From Desulfobulbaceae bacterium (lineage in GTDB: Bacteria; Desulfobacterota; Desulfobulbia; Desulfobulbales; SURF-16): a stretch of 64,000 nucleotides of DNA. Under the pieces are notes generated by a model. That model was not told the DNA's origin. It searched no databases and saw only the letters and a program-made list of their open reading frames with translations. The stretch lies in assembly GCA_023230525.1 (NCBI GenBank), contig JALNXE010000002.1:8159-72158 (forward strand), given 5' to 3'. The position numbers and the translations under genes were made by a program. This document shows positions 18,469 through 27,478 of the stretch, piece after piece. How positions within the stretch are numbered: position 1 is the stretch's first letter; each line of letters starts with the position of its first letter.

Positions 18469-19131
18469 ATGGCCAAGCGCATAGCCGACCTGCCCAAACA
18501 TGACCGGCCCAGGGAAAAGATGCAGAGCAAGGGGGCCGCTGCCCTGACCGATGAGGAACTGGTGGCCATTCTGCTGGGCTTCGGCACCAAGGGCCATGAT
18601 GTACTGACCGTGGCCAGACGGATTGTCCGGCTGGTGGACGATCAGCACGGCAGGCCGGACCTGGCCGATCTCCAGCGCTTAGAAGGAGTGGGGCCGGCCA
18701 AGGCCACCCTTGTCGCCGCAGCCCTGGAATTCGCCCGCCGCCGCATCCGGCCGGAGGGCATCAAGATCAAAACCCCGGTTGATGTGCTGCCCCTGGTGCG
18801 ACACTACGGCGACCGCAAGCAGGAACATTTTCTCTGCATTTCCCTGAACGGCGCCAATGAGGTCATCACCACCCGCGTCGTCTCGGTCGGTCTGGTGAAC
18901 AAAACCCAGGTTCACCCCCGTGAAGTCTTTGCCGATCCCATCACCGACCGGGCTTCAGCGGTTATCCTTGCTCACAATCACCCCTCGGGCAACCTCACGC
19001 CCAGCAAGGAGGATCTGCAGATCACCCGGCAGCTCAGGGAGGCGGGGGAAACCCTCGGCATCGCCGTGCTGGACCACATTATTTTCAGCCGGCAGGGACA
19101 TTACAGTTTTCTGGAACACGGGGAGTTGTAG
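18469..19131 (+). CDS. radC: RadC-like JAB/MPN domain protein
   Basis: Start at 'MAKRIADLPKHDRPREK'. HhH region 'LQRLEGVGPAKA'. JAMM motif 'ILAHNHPSG' with 'PSKEDLQIT'. Confidence 0.9.
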   Translation: MAKRIADLPKHDRPREKMQSKGAAALTDEELVAILLGFGTKGHDVLTVARRIVRLVDDQHGRPDLADLQRLEGVGPAKATLVAAALEFARRRIRPEGIKIKTPVDVLPLVRHYGDRKQEHFLCISLNGANEVITTRVVSVGLVNKTQVHPREVFADPITDRASAVILAHNHPSGNLTPSKEDLQITRQLREAGETLGIAVLDHIIFSRQGHYSFLEHGEL

Positions 19132-19178
19132 ATACAGGGCATTTTTGGGGGGCAAACGTAAAACACAATACCGGGAGA

Positions 19179-19511
19179 TTACCGGCTTCGGTTCCCGGAC
19201 TGATAAAAAATCTTGCCAACCCGCTCGATATGCGCGATCAGGTCCGGATTATCAATCTGGTGATAGATGGAGAGGTCGACATGATAAGGCAGAAGCAGGT
19301 CGTCGATGGCCAGGCTGATTTTATTGAGGAGTTGCAGATTCAGCCATTCTCCCTTCAAGGTCAGGTCGATATCCGAACCGAGCCTGAAATTTCCCTTGGC
19401 ACGGGAACCATAGAGAATCGCTTCATCCACCTCGGGGTATTTGGCAAAAACGCCTTTAATTCCTTCTACTGTTTCATCCTTCAAGCCGTAAGACATGCCA
19501 CCATTCCTCAA
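19179..19511 (-). CDS. mntA: Minimal nucleotidyltransferase (MntA-like antitoxin, type VII TA)
   Basis: 110-aa ORF with NTase signature 'LYGSRAKGNFRLGSDIDL'. Confidence 0.85.
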   Translation of the reverse strand: MRNGGMSYGLKDETVEGIKGVFAKYPEVDEAILYGSRAKGNFRLGSDIDLTLKGEWLNLQLLNKISLAIDDLLLPYHVDLSIYHQIDNPDLIAHIERVGKIFYQSGNRSR

Positions 19512-19512
19512 C

Positions 19513-19932
19513 TCATGTCTGATCAGCGAGAAGATTCAGCAGTCGTGTTTCCAAAGCAAGGAAAAGCGGGAAATAATTGAGCAGCACTGCCCGGCATATC
19601 TCTTCCGCAACTTCCTCATTATAGGTGTGGGAGGTGAGATTCCTACTTTTAAGCATGTCCATCCAGCCTTCACCGTCTTCCACCAGGCCAAGCTCAAACG
19701 CCTTGCGAATAGCATCCCTTGATCCGTAGATCTCGCTTTGGCCTCGGTATTCCAAAAAGTCCTTCAGGCTGTTCCAGGCAAGCTCGAAGGTATATTCAAA
19801 TGCCTTGACCAGGCCCTGCTGTTCAAGTTCGGACAGGTCACCCTTGTCGACAAATTTCCGCAACTGGCTCAAGGCTTTCCGAAAATTTGCGAAACGCTGC
19901 GCCCATCTGATGTCCTTTCCGGTCATAGACAA
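19513..19932 (-). CDS. hepT: HI0074-family nucleotidyltransferase substrate-binding protein (HepT-like HEPN toxin)
   Basis: 139-aa ORF with RX4HXY HEPN motif 'RNLTSHTY'. Ends 1 nt before the mntA start. Confidence 0.85.
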   Translation of the reverse strand: MSMTGKDIRWAQRFANFRKALSQLRKFVDKGDLSELEQQGLVKAFEYTFELAWNSLKDFLEYRGQSEIYGSRDAIRKAFELGLVEDGEGWMDMLKSRNLTSHTYNEEVAEEICRAVLLNYFPLFLALETRLLNLLADQT

Positions 19933-19960
19933 TCCTCACAAATAAAAAAAACAATACATA

Positions 19961-20137
19961 GAGCCTCTTGCAAAATGAACGTCGTAGCGAGATCGAGAGG
20001 AAAATATTCTGTGCAAGGATGAGTGGTGAAATCGCCCGGAAGCGTAGCAGTGCTACGTTGAGGACGATTTCACCAGGAAGACGCCGCACAGGTGATTTTT
20101 AGCCGATCGGAGTAGATGTTCATTTTGCAAGAGGCTC
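19961..20137. repeat. 177-bp structured inverted-repeat element (MITE-like or ncRNA-like) at the right edge of the defence island
   Basis: Perfect 20-nt terminal IR GAGCCTCTTGCAAAATGAAC (19961-19980) / GTTCATTTTGCAAGAGGCTC (20118-20137). Nested inner stems: CTGTGC/GCACAG, GGTGAAATCG/CGATTTCACC, CGTAGC/GCTACG. Confidence 0.6.
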
Positions 20138-20220
20138 CATAGTTTAATTGATTGACTATACACTTTGCCTGATATTGATCAAAGAGTAAAATAATTGCCT
20201 ACCAAAAAGGGGGGAAGGAC

Positions 20221-21012
20221 ATGATGCGATTCGAGGGGGGTACTGAAAATAAGCAGCCAATACTTGTCGACACCCATGCGCATATCTGTGACCATGCCTT
20301 TGATCAGGACCGGCAGGAGGTGATCAACCGGGCGCAGGAAGCAGGCGTTGCGGCCATCGTCATGGTCGGCGAGACCCTGGAGGATGCCCGGCGCAATCTG
20401 GAGTTGGCCGGACAGTATCCGGTCCTGAAACCGGCGGCAGGCCTGTATCCTGAATTTGCCGACATGGAGGAGGCGGAGCGGTTGAGCGGTTTTATCCGGC
20501 AGCATGCAGCACGTTTTTATGCCATCGGTGAGGTTGGGCTTGATTTTTGGCTTGCCCAGGAGGAAGAGGCGAGGGAAGTGCAGCGGTTGGTTTTTCGAAA
20601 ATTTATAGAACTTGCGGAAGGGCTCGATCTGCCGCTCAATGTCCATTCCCGTTCCGCCGGCCGCCAGGCGGTTGCCCTGCTGCTGGAGCAGGGTGCAAAG
20701 CGGGTGCAGATGCACGCCTTTGACGGCAGGTATTCCGCCGCCCTGCCGGCGGTGGAGGCGGGTTTTTTCTTTTCCGTGCCGCCGTCGCTGGTCCGTTCCC
20801 GTCAGAAACAGAAGCTGGTGGGGCTCCTGCCGCTCTCCTGTCTGCTGGTGGAAAGCGACAGTCCGGTCCTTGGCCCTGATGTCGGCCAGAGAAACGAACC
20901 GGCCAATGTGGTGATCGCCGTAAAGGCCATTGCGGAGATCAAGGACATTGCCGTTGACGCGGTGCTTGCGGCGGTGCGGGAAAATACGCGCAGGCTGTAC
21001 GGGGATCTGTGA
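20221..21012 (+). CDS. tatD: TatD-family metal-dependent hydrolase/DNase
   Basis: 263-aa ORF with 'LVDTHAHI' metal-binding motif, 'GEVGLDF' and 'HSR' motifs. GGGGGGAAGGA RBS. Confidence 0.85.
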   Translation: MMRFEGGTENKQPILVDTHAHICDHAFDQDRQEVINRAQEAGVAAIVMVGETLEDARRNLELAGQYPVLKPAAGLYPEFADMEEAERLSGFIRQHAARFYAIGEVGLDFWLAQEEEAREVQRLVFRKFIELAEGLDLPLNVHSRSAGRQAVALLLEQGAKRVQMHAFDGRYSAALPAVEAGFFFSVPPSLVRSRQKQKLVGLLPLSCLLVESDSPVLGPDVGQRNEPANVVIAVKAIAEIKDIAVDAVLAAVRENTRRLYGDL

Positions 21013-21053
21013 TCATCACTGCGTCATGAGTCCGCTCCATCCCGCGTCAGGTC

Positions 21054-23045
21054 TTACCTGTTCCTAAGCTCCCTGGAAAAGTGCTTGAAACACAGAGGCG
21101 CCGGGCCCCCGTCCTGGCCGGGCTGCAGGGCGCTGGCCAGATAGCGCTGCATGAAGGACTCCTCATGCCTGCGGGCCTCGGCCAGGGAGAATTTGGGACG
21201 GAGGGCCTTCTTCGGCCTATGGGTGGGATTTTTTGCCCCGGGCCACTCCTGGGCAAAGGCCCTCTGGCCCAAGCGCAGCAGGTAGAGAAAGGAGTGGTGG
21301 GTGGAGATGGCCCCGGCCCAGGGGTAGTGGTCGAGATGGTAGCGCCGGGAAAGGGCGGCGATGCTGTCATCCAGGGTATCCGCCGCATCTTCGCCGCCGC
21401 CGTTTTCGGCCATGCGGTACTGGGGGAAAAGTTTGAAGACATCGCCCGCGGTATGGTAGATCGCGGCAATGCCATACTGCTCCGGCCGGCAGGCGATGAG
21501 TGAACCCGGGGTGAGATTGAAGTCGCCGACAATGAACTGATCGATCATGGGGCTTTGCCGTTCGATGAGGGCCAGGGTCTCCATCGCCTCCGGCCAGGTC
21601 TCGCCGGGATGCTGGAGAAAGGTCATCCAGCTGGTGGCGATGCCCGCCTGGTGGAAATTGCGGTTGATGCGGCGGATCAGCTCCACCTTGATGCCCTTGT
21701 TCATCAGCCCCAGGATCCGGTCCGAGCCGCTTTCGATGCCGAAGGCCGCGGCCCGGAGCCCGGCCTGCTGGAGCTGGCGGCAGTTCTCCGGGGTGTAGGC
21801 GGCCTCGATGCGCAGGTCGGTGGACCAGCGGATATCCAGCCCCGCATCAATGATGCCGCGGGCCAGGTCGAGGGCATAGGCCGGGGCCAGCACGTCGCAG
21901 GAAAAATAGAAATTTTTCACCCCGAACTCTTGCTGCAGGCCGCGCAAATCGGCCACCGCCTGTTTGACCGGGATTTCCCGGTAGAGGTGGCGGCCAGACT
22001 GGTTGAAGCCGTAACAGCAGAAGGAGCATTTGTTCCAGTAGCAGCCCCTGGTGGGACTGTAGAGCAGCAGACGGTCCGGCGCCAGATAGCGGTCAAGGTC
22101 GAGGTCGCTGTAATCCGGGGCCGCGCCGTCGGCCAGATTCAGGGTCCAGGCCGGTCCCCGCAGCAGGGCGCCGGTGTGCGGATCTTTCCTCACCAGGTTG
22201 GGGATGGTGGCGAGCCGCTCCGGATCGGCAGGACCCGCGGCCAGCAGCGGCAGCAGCTCCGCCAGGGTTTTCTCCCCCTCCTGCAGGCCCACCGCGTCCG
22301 CATAATCGAAGATGCGGCCCACCGCCTCAGGGGCGGCGTTGCGGACGATCTGGTCGATGCAGGGGCCGCCCAGCATGACGAAACAGGCCGGAAAGTATTC
22401 CTTGATCAGTTTGCCCAGATAAAAGGTCTCGGGAATCTGGGAGACAAAGGTCAGGGAAAGGCCGGCAAAACGCGGCGGGTCGAGCTTATCGAGCTGAGCG
22501 CGGTAAAAGCCGTCAAACGGGCTGCAGCGGCCGGCGATATAATGGTCCAGCAGGTCGAAGTCCCAGGGCGCGGCCAGATGATTGGCCCGGTTGAAGCCGA
22601 AGCGGAAGGGGAAAAAGACCGCCTCCATGAGGAGGAAGAGTTCTTCAAGGCCGTCGCGGCTGCGCTGGTAAGCCTTTTTCCGGTAAAACCGCTGCGGGTC
22701 GCGCATGATTGCGGCGCATTGACCGAAATCGCGATCCAGGGCCATGGCCTCCGCCACCCGCCGGTATTCCATCTGCTCGTACAGCGTGAGCCGCCGCTGG
22801 TTATTCAAAGCATGGAAACGATCCGTCAGCCGCTGCCGCCATCCGGCAATGGTGCCTGGGTCCAGCAGAAAATCAAGCCCCTCAATATTGAGGTCCCGCA
22901 CCACGGTCTCGATGCCGCGTTGCCGCAGATATCCCTTGAGGGCGGGCAGGGCCACATAGGGCCAGGTGGGATCGGCGAAAGGCGGGAAGAGCAGCAGTGA
23001 TTCGCTGCCCGGCGCCGGGTGGCAGGTGTTATCGGTTTTCAGCAT
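21054..23045 (-). CDS. B12-binding-domain radical SAM protein
   Basis: 663-aa ORF. N-terminal B12-binding-like region. Radical SAM cluster motif 'CYWNKCSFCC' (CX3CX2C). Confidence 0.85.
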   Translation of the reverse strand: MLKTDNTCHPAPGSESLLLFPPFADPTWPYVALPALKGYLRQRGIETVVRDLNIEGLDFLLDPGTIAGWRQRLTDRFHALNNQRRLTLYEQMEYRRVAEAMALDRDFGQCAAIMRDPQRFYRKKAYQRSRDGLEELFLLMEAVFFPFRFGFNRANHLAAPWDFDLLDHYIAGRCSPFDGFYRAQLDKLDPPRFAGLSLTFVSQIPETFYLGKLIKEYFPACFVMLGGPCIDQIVRNAAPEAVGRIFDYADAVGLQEGEKTLAELLPLLAAGPADPERLATIPNLVRKDPHTGALLRGPAWTLNLADGAAPDYSDLDLDRYLAPDRLLLYSPTRGCYWNKCSFCCYGFNQSGRHLYREIPVKQAVADLRGLQQEFGVKNFYFSCDVLAPAYALDLARGIIDAGLDIRWSTDLRIEAAYTPENCRQLQQAGLRAAAFGIESGSDRILGLMNKGIKVELIRRINRNFHQAGIATSWMTFLQHPGETWPEAMETLALIERQSPMIDQFIVGDFNLTPGSLIACRPEQYGIAAIYHTAGDVFKLFPQYRMAENGGGEDAADTLDDSIAALSRRYHLDHYPWAGAISTHHSFLYLLRLGQRAFAQEWPGAKNPTHRPKKALRPKFSLAEARRHEESFMQRYLASALQPGQDGGPAPLCFKHFSRELRNR

Positions 23046-23539
23046 GGGGACGGTGAATTAATAGGTGCCGGTGCTGCCCGGAAATAGAGATAGCGCAAGG
23101 CGATGAGCAGTGCGGGCGGAAGCAGCGGAGGTATGGTAACCCGTTGCTTCTCTCCTGACAACAAAATTTCACGAAGTTGTGCCAGCCAGATAGATTCATT
23201 ACGTCCTGATTCCATAAAATTGTAAATTCGTTCCGAGTATCTGGAATTAAAATAAATTCTTAAAATTAGCTTCAAACTAACTTGCTGAAATTTTACCAAT
23301 TTTTTTGGGCGGCAAATCGGTCTGAATATTGCAAGATGATCAACCCGACTTGTGCGATTTGTGCATAGTATGACATAAACCAAAAAATAACAAAAAAAGA
23401 AAGGAGCAAATAATGATGTGATCCGCATGGTTATTGGCTCCAATTAAATTGTGACAAAATCCCCGAATTGATCGGTCACAAGAATCAAAACCTCTTCCCC
23501 GCCTGATGAGCCGGGGATAACAAAAATGGAAAAATCAAG

Positions 23540-24298
23540 ATGAAGAAAAAACTTTTGGCAGGATTGACAACCGGGATGTTGCTGTTCGGCATGGCGGGGG
23601 CGGCGGAGGCGGCACTGACCGTAATCGGCACTGCAACCTATGACCTTGACGGTGTGGGCGGGGCTGCCCCGATCGGAGAATTCAACCTGATCTGGGACAA
23701 TGACAATAATGGTAATTCCGTAGTCTGGCTGGATTATACCCATGCCGGTGCAACTTGTGGGGCGCAGAATGCCTGGGCCGCAGGGCTGGATTCGACTTTA
23801 ACCTATAATATTAATGCTGGTTATCGAGTTGCCTGGGATGATAACACCTGGCGGCTGGGCAGTACCGTTGATGGTCCATATCAATGGGGTTGGGATGGCA
23901 CCACCACGACAGGTTATAACATTACCAGCTCGGAGATGGGCCATCTGTTTTATGAGGAATTGGGTAACCTGGCATATTACGATACTGCTGGAAGAAGTCC
24001 CCAGGCGGGATGGGGCCTGCAGAATACTGGAGATTTTAATAATTTAACTTCGTCCTGGTACTGGTCCAGCACGGAGTGGGCGGCTGTCAATCCGGGCTAC
24101 GCCTGGACCTTCGACATGGACCGCGGCGGCCAGATCTACGCCCTCCAGTCCTTCAACGGCGGTTCCGGGTTAGCCCTTCGCAACGGAGAAGTTTCAGCGG
24201 TTCCCATACCTGGAGCCATTTGGTTGCTTGGATCAGGGCTAACCGGCTTGGCCGCCTTTGGAAAACGTAAAAAGAAGGGGCAGCGGTTGATTATTTGA
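23540..24298 (+). CDS. Secreted PEP-CTERM sorting-domain protein (DUF1566/Lcl-like body)
   Basis: 252-aa ORF. Signal peptide 'LLAGLTTGMLLFGMAGAAEA'. C-terminal 'VPIPGAIWLLGSGLTGLAAFGKRKKK' (PEP-CTERM-type anchor). Confidence 0.8.
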   Translation: MKKKLLAGLTTGMLLFGMAGAAEAALTVIGTATYDLDGVGGAAPIGEFNLIWDNDNNGNSVVWLDYTHAGATCGAQNAWAAGLDSTLTYNINAGYRVAWDDNTWRLGSTVDGPYQWGWDGTTTTGYNITSSEMGHLFYEELGNLAYYDTAGRSPQAGWGLQNTGDFNNLTSSWYWSSTEWAAVNPGYAWTFDMDRGGQIYALQSFNGGSGLALRNGEVSAVPIPGAIWLLGSGLTGLAAFGKRKKKGQRLII

Positions 24299-24306
24299 TT
24301 ATCGGA

Positions 24307-24406
24307 GAGCCTTTGGCAAAATGAAACCACTGACGCCGCCGGCTGGATATCCATCCGTCAAGACCGCCACAATCTGGTAAGTCATTCGTCATTTTGCCAG
24401 AGGCTC
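24307..24406. repeat. 100-bp inverted-repeat element, same family as 19961-20137
   Basis: Terminal IR GAGCCTTTGGCAAAATGA (24307-24324) / TCATTTTGCCAGAGGCTC (24389-24406), 17/18 complementary. Arm sequence is closely similar to the 19961 element. Internal palindrome TGGATATCCA. Confidence 0.55.
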
Positions 24407-24423
24407 ATAACGTTTCTTGATTT

Positions 24424-24645
24424 TCAGCGCATCAGAAAATAAAGGCAGAGCAGGCCAATAAAAAGAACAAACAGGGTGCCCCAGAGCACAGGGCGAAAGC
24501 AGCGCCCGGCCGGCGGGGGTTGCTGCCTGATATCATCCATGACCCTGCTTTGCCAGCCGGCAGAAGGTTCAACCTTATCCTTATTTTGGTGAACACCACG
24601 AAAGGTGTTGAAAATTTTTGAAAGAGCTTCCTTGCTCAGTTTCAT
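24424..24645 (-). CDS. Small single-pass membrane protein, putative anti-sigma factor
   Basis: 73-aa ORF directly downstream of the ECF sigma gene, with one C-terminal TM 'VLWGTLFVLFIGLLCLYFL'. Assignment is by position only. Confidence 0.45.
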   Translation of the reverse strand: MKLSKEALSKIFNTFRGVHQNKDKVEPSAGWQSRVMDDIRQQPPPAGRCFRPVLWGTLFVLFIGLLCLYFLMR

Positions 24646-24657
24646 AAATTCACCTGG

Positions 24658-25251
24658 TCAGTGATCCCTCAGCAGATCCTTGCAAAGTATTTTCAGCTTG
24701 GCCCGGGCCCTGAATGATCTGATTTTTACGTTGGCGACACTCCAGCCGAGCAGTTGGGCCGCCTCGCCGCAGGAATATTCCTGCAGATAAACCAGTTCCA
24801 GCACCATGCGGTCGGCCGGGGAAAGCTTGGCCAGCATCCAGGCCAGCATCTCCCTTGCCTCAAGCTGCCGGTGGCCGTCGGCATGGCACGCCTCCGACTC
24901 GTCGGTAACGGTCCTCTCCAGCCAGTCAACATGCTGGTCGGACAGGGCGCTGATGGGCACTTCCCGTGACCGGTATTTTTTTCTCCAGAAATCATAACAT
25001 GTTCTCACGGCAATTGACGAGAGCCAATTCTTAAAATCTCCTTTATTGCTGAAATGATTCAGGGACCGGTAGGCCCTGACAAAAACATCGTGGGCGGTTT
25101 CCTCGACAAACTGGGCGGCCATGTGGTTGTTGACGATGTGGAAAACAAGTTTCTTATGGCGCTCAATCAAACAGGCAAAGGCATTTACCTCGCCATGCAG
25201 TACCTGCGCGATGATCTCGAGATCGCTTGCTTCGCTTGCCGGATTTTTCAT
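24658..25251 (-). CDS. ECF-type RNA polymerase sigma-70 family factor
   Basis: Start chosen at 'MKNPASEASDLEIIAQVLHGEVNAFACLIERHKK' (track ORF extends to 25329). Region 2 'VEETAHDVFVRAYR'. Region 4 'ELVYLQEYSCGEAAQLLGWSVANVKIRSFRARAKL'. Confidence 0.85.
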   Translation of the reverse strand: MKNPASEASDLEIIAQVLHGEVNAFACLIERHKKLVFHIVNNHMAAQFVEETAHDVFVRAYRSLNHFSNKGDFKNWLSSIAVRTCYDFWRKKYRSREVPISALSDQHVDWLERTVTDESEACHADGHRQLEAREMLAWMLAKLSPADRMVLELVYLQEYSCGEAAQLLGWSVANVKIRSFRARAKLKILCKDLLRDH

Positions 25252-25439
25252 GATGCCCCGTCTGTTGTCGTTTGGTAAGGTGATGACCTGCGACCGCAAT
25301 ATGTTGCCGGTCAGGCGAGAAGAAGACATAAATTATTCTCGGCTTACCAAAGCGAAAACTCACGTGAAGTTTTGTTAAAAAACGGGGTTGCATTATTAAC
25401 AAAACTTTACATGCGGGACGGGACCTTGCAGGGAGGCGT

Positions 25440-25467
25440 GCAGGGGCGCTGCGCGAACCGCCTCTGC
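25440..25467. repeat. Degenerate copy of the GGGGCGGTTCGCGAACCGCCCC palindromic (REP-like) repeat
   Basis: GCAGGGGCGCTGCGCGAACCGCCTCTGC lies just downstream of the flgL stop. Compare with the copies at 30980 and 34046. Confidence 0.5.
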
Positions 25468-25488
25468 ATCCACTTCTGCATTTTTGCC

Positions 25489-27468
25489 TTACAGAAAATC
25501 CACCAGACTCAACTCCGTGACCTTGGCAGCGGCGGCCAGGGCTGCCTCATAGGCGGTGGTTTTTGCCGCAAGCTGCATGGCCGCCTCAACCAGGTCGGTG
25601 TCCTCCTTGTTTGACAGGTTTTCCTGGATGGCCAGGTCCAGATCATCATAGATCTGGCTCTGCACGGTGATACGGTTATAGGCCGCGCCGCAGGAGGAGA
25701 CCTGGGAGGCGATCTCCTCCATGCATTGCTGGAGGCCGGCAAGCGACTGGTCCAGGGCCTGGCTCTGCATGGTTGCATCCGTCAGTCCGGCAAGCTGCAG
25801 GAAGTTGGAGCTGTCGTCAGCCAATGAAAAGCTGTAGCGCTCCGCCTCGCTGCTCTCCACCTGCAGCAGGCCGTCCGCATTCCAGCAGGAGGTCAGGCCG
25901 GGCACCCCGTCGATCTTGGCCGCCACGCTCTCCAATGAATCATAGGCGGTGTCCACCGGGATCTCCACGGACAATTCATGGGGCGGATTGTAGGCATGAT
26001 CAAAGACCGTGACCAAGAAACTGCCGTCGGTAAACACCGTGCCGTCCTCTATGTTCTCAAGCCCCGTGGCATTGTCGATTAGCAAGGCGGTGGTGTCGTC
26101 GGCGGGATTGCCGCCCGTTGCCGCGGTATAGCCGCTGCCCAGCAGGGCCTGCTGCAGCTTAGAGAGCACGTCGAATATGCCGGTATCCGCCACCGCGTTC
26201 TGCCCGTTAACCCCAACGGTCAGGGTGCTGCTTACGCCGATCTTGATCAGCAGATCATGTGCATCGCCGGTATAGCGGACGTTGCCCTCCTGCTGGGCGA
26301 TGGTGTTCACGGTCAAGAGACCGTCGCCGGCCGTATCATCCGCCTGGCCGGTAATGCCGGCCCCGCCGTCCATGCCCAGCGCGGCCAGGGCGCCGGTGGC
26401 CTGCTCCTCGGCGTTTATGGTGAAGGGGCTGGCGGAGGAAAGAAAGACGGAGCCGAAATAGACCTTGTCCTGGGCCGCCGCCGGGTCAGCGCCGTTGAGG
26501 TGGCTCACCGACTCGCCGCTGGCGGAGGTGGTGACCTGGATGTTGCGCCCGTCGCCGGCGCTTAACAGCAACTGGCCGTTGCTGTTTCTGCAGGCCGATA
26601 CCCCGGTTGCCGCGCTCCGGCTGTTGATGGCCTCGATAAGGGCATTGTCTTGGTCATCTGCCAGAATGTCCGTGGCTGAGGAGAAGATATCCACCCCGTT
26701 GATGACCAGATCCCCGCTGGTGAGCGTGCCCGCCGTTACCGCCTGACCATTGGCGATCACGGCCGGGGTGACGGCGGCGCTCACCCCGGTCTCGGCGGAG
26801 ACGGCATTGACGGCCGCGGCCTTGGCCGTGGCCGAGGCGTCGGCAAAGATGGTGGATACGGCATCGGCCTGAGGCCCAGGGACCGCAATGCCATTGATCA
26901 GCAGTTCGCCGCCGCCCAACTGGTAGCCATAGTCCGGGATGCCGTCGTTGTCCGCATCTTCGAGGCTGGTCAGCGGCAGGCTGAGGGTTGCGCAGGCCGA
27001 GCCGTTTGCCTGGTAATGATCCGCCACTCCCTCCATGAAGGGGGTTGGTTCGCTGTCCGTATAGCCGGTGGTGCGATAGCCGCCGAAGATATACTTGCCG
27101 TTGATCCGGGTATTGGCCAGGTCGATGGCCTGCTCAAACAGGCTGTTGATCTCCCCGGCGACGATGTCGCGGTCCGTTTGACTCAAGGAGGCGTTGTTGG
27201 CCTGCATCAGCAGATCCTTCATCTGGGTGAGGGATGTTTCCGCCGCCGTGACCATGGTTTTGCCGTAGTCGAGATTCTCCTGGTACTGGCTGATGCCGGC
27301 GATATCGGAGCGCAGCCCCAGCGCCGTCACCAGGTTGACCGGGTTGTCCGCGATGCTGGCCATCTGTTTGCCCGAGGAGATCTGGCGATTGACCGTCTGG
27401 GTATCGCTGTTGAGCGAGTTCAGGTCATGCTGCATGTTGCGGTAAATCATGCGGGTGGTGATGCGCAT
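25489..27468 (-). CDS. flgL: Flagellar hook-associated protein 3 (hook-filament junction), enlarged
   Basis: 659-aa ORF. Flagellin-type N-terminus 'MRITTRMIYRNMQHDLNSLNSD...ISSGKQ', and C-terminus 'AKTTAYEAALAAAAKVTELSLVDFL'. Central 'LLINGIAV' and 'LVINGVDI' IN-type motifs. Confidence 0.85.
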   Translation of the reverse strand: MRITTRMIYRNMQHDLNSLNSDTQTVNRQISSGKQMASIADNPVNLVTALGLRSDIAGISQYQENLDYGKTMVTAAETSLTQMKDLLMQANNASLSQTDRDIVAGEINSLFEQAIDLANTRINGKYIFGGYRTTGYTDSEPTPFMEGVADHYQANGSACATLSLPLTSLEDADNDGIPDYGYQLGGGELLINGIAVPGPQADAVSTIFADASATAKAAAVNAVSAETGVSAAVTPAVIANGQAVTAGTLTSGDLVINGVDIFSSATDILADDQDNALIEAINSRSAATGVSACRNSNGQLLLSAGDGRNIQVTTSASGESVSHLNGADPAAAQDKVYFGSVFLSSASPFTINAEEQATGALAALGMDGGAGITGQADDTAGDGLLTVNTIAQQEGNVRYTGDAHDLLIKIGVSSTLTVGVNGQNAVADTGIFDVLSKLQQALLGSGYTAATGGNPADDTTALLIDNATGLENIEDGTVFTDGSFLVTVFDHAYNPPHELSVEIPVDTAYDSLESVAAKIDGVPGLTSCWNADGLLQVESSEAERYSFSLADDSSNFLQLAGLTDATMQSQALDQSLAGLQQCMEEIASQVSSCGAAYNRITVQSQIYDDLDLAIQENLSNKEDTDLVEAAMQLAAKTTAYEAALAAAAKVTELSLVDFL

Positions 27469-27478
27469 ATGTTCCTCC

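Noticed and set aside
20221-23045. TatD and the B12-radical SAM gene as additional members of the defence island.
   Set aside because: Both look like ordinary housekeeping-type family members with host-like composition, and they lie beyond the structured element that appears to bound the island. Nothing in the sequence links them to defence.
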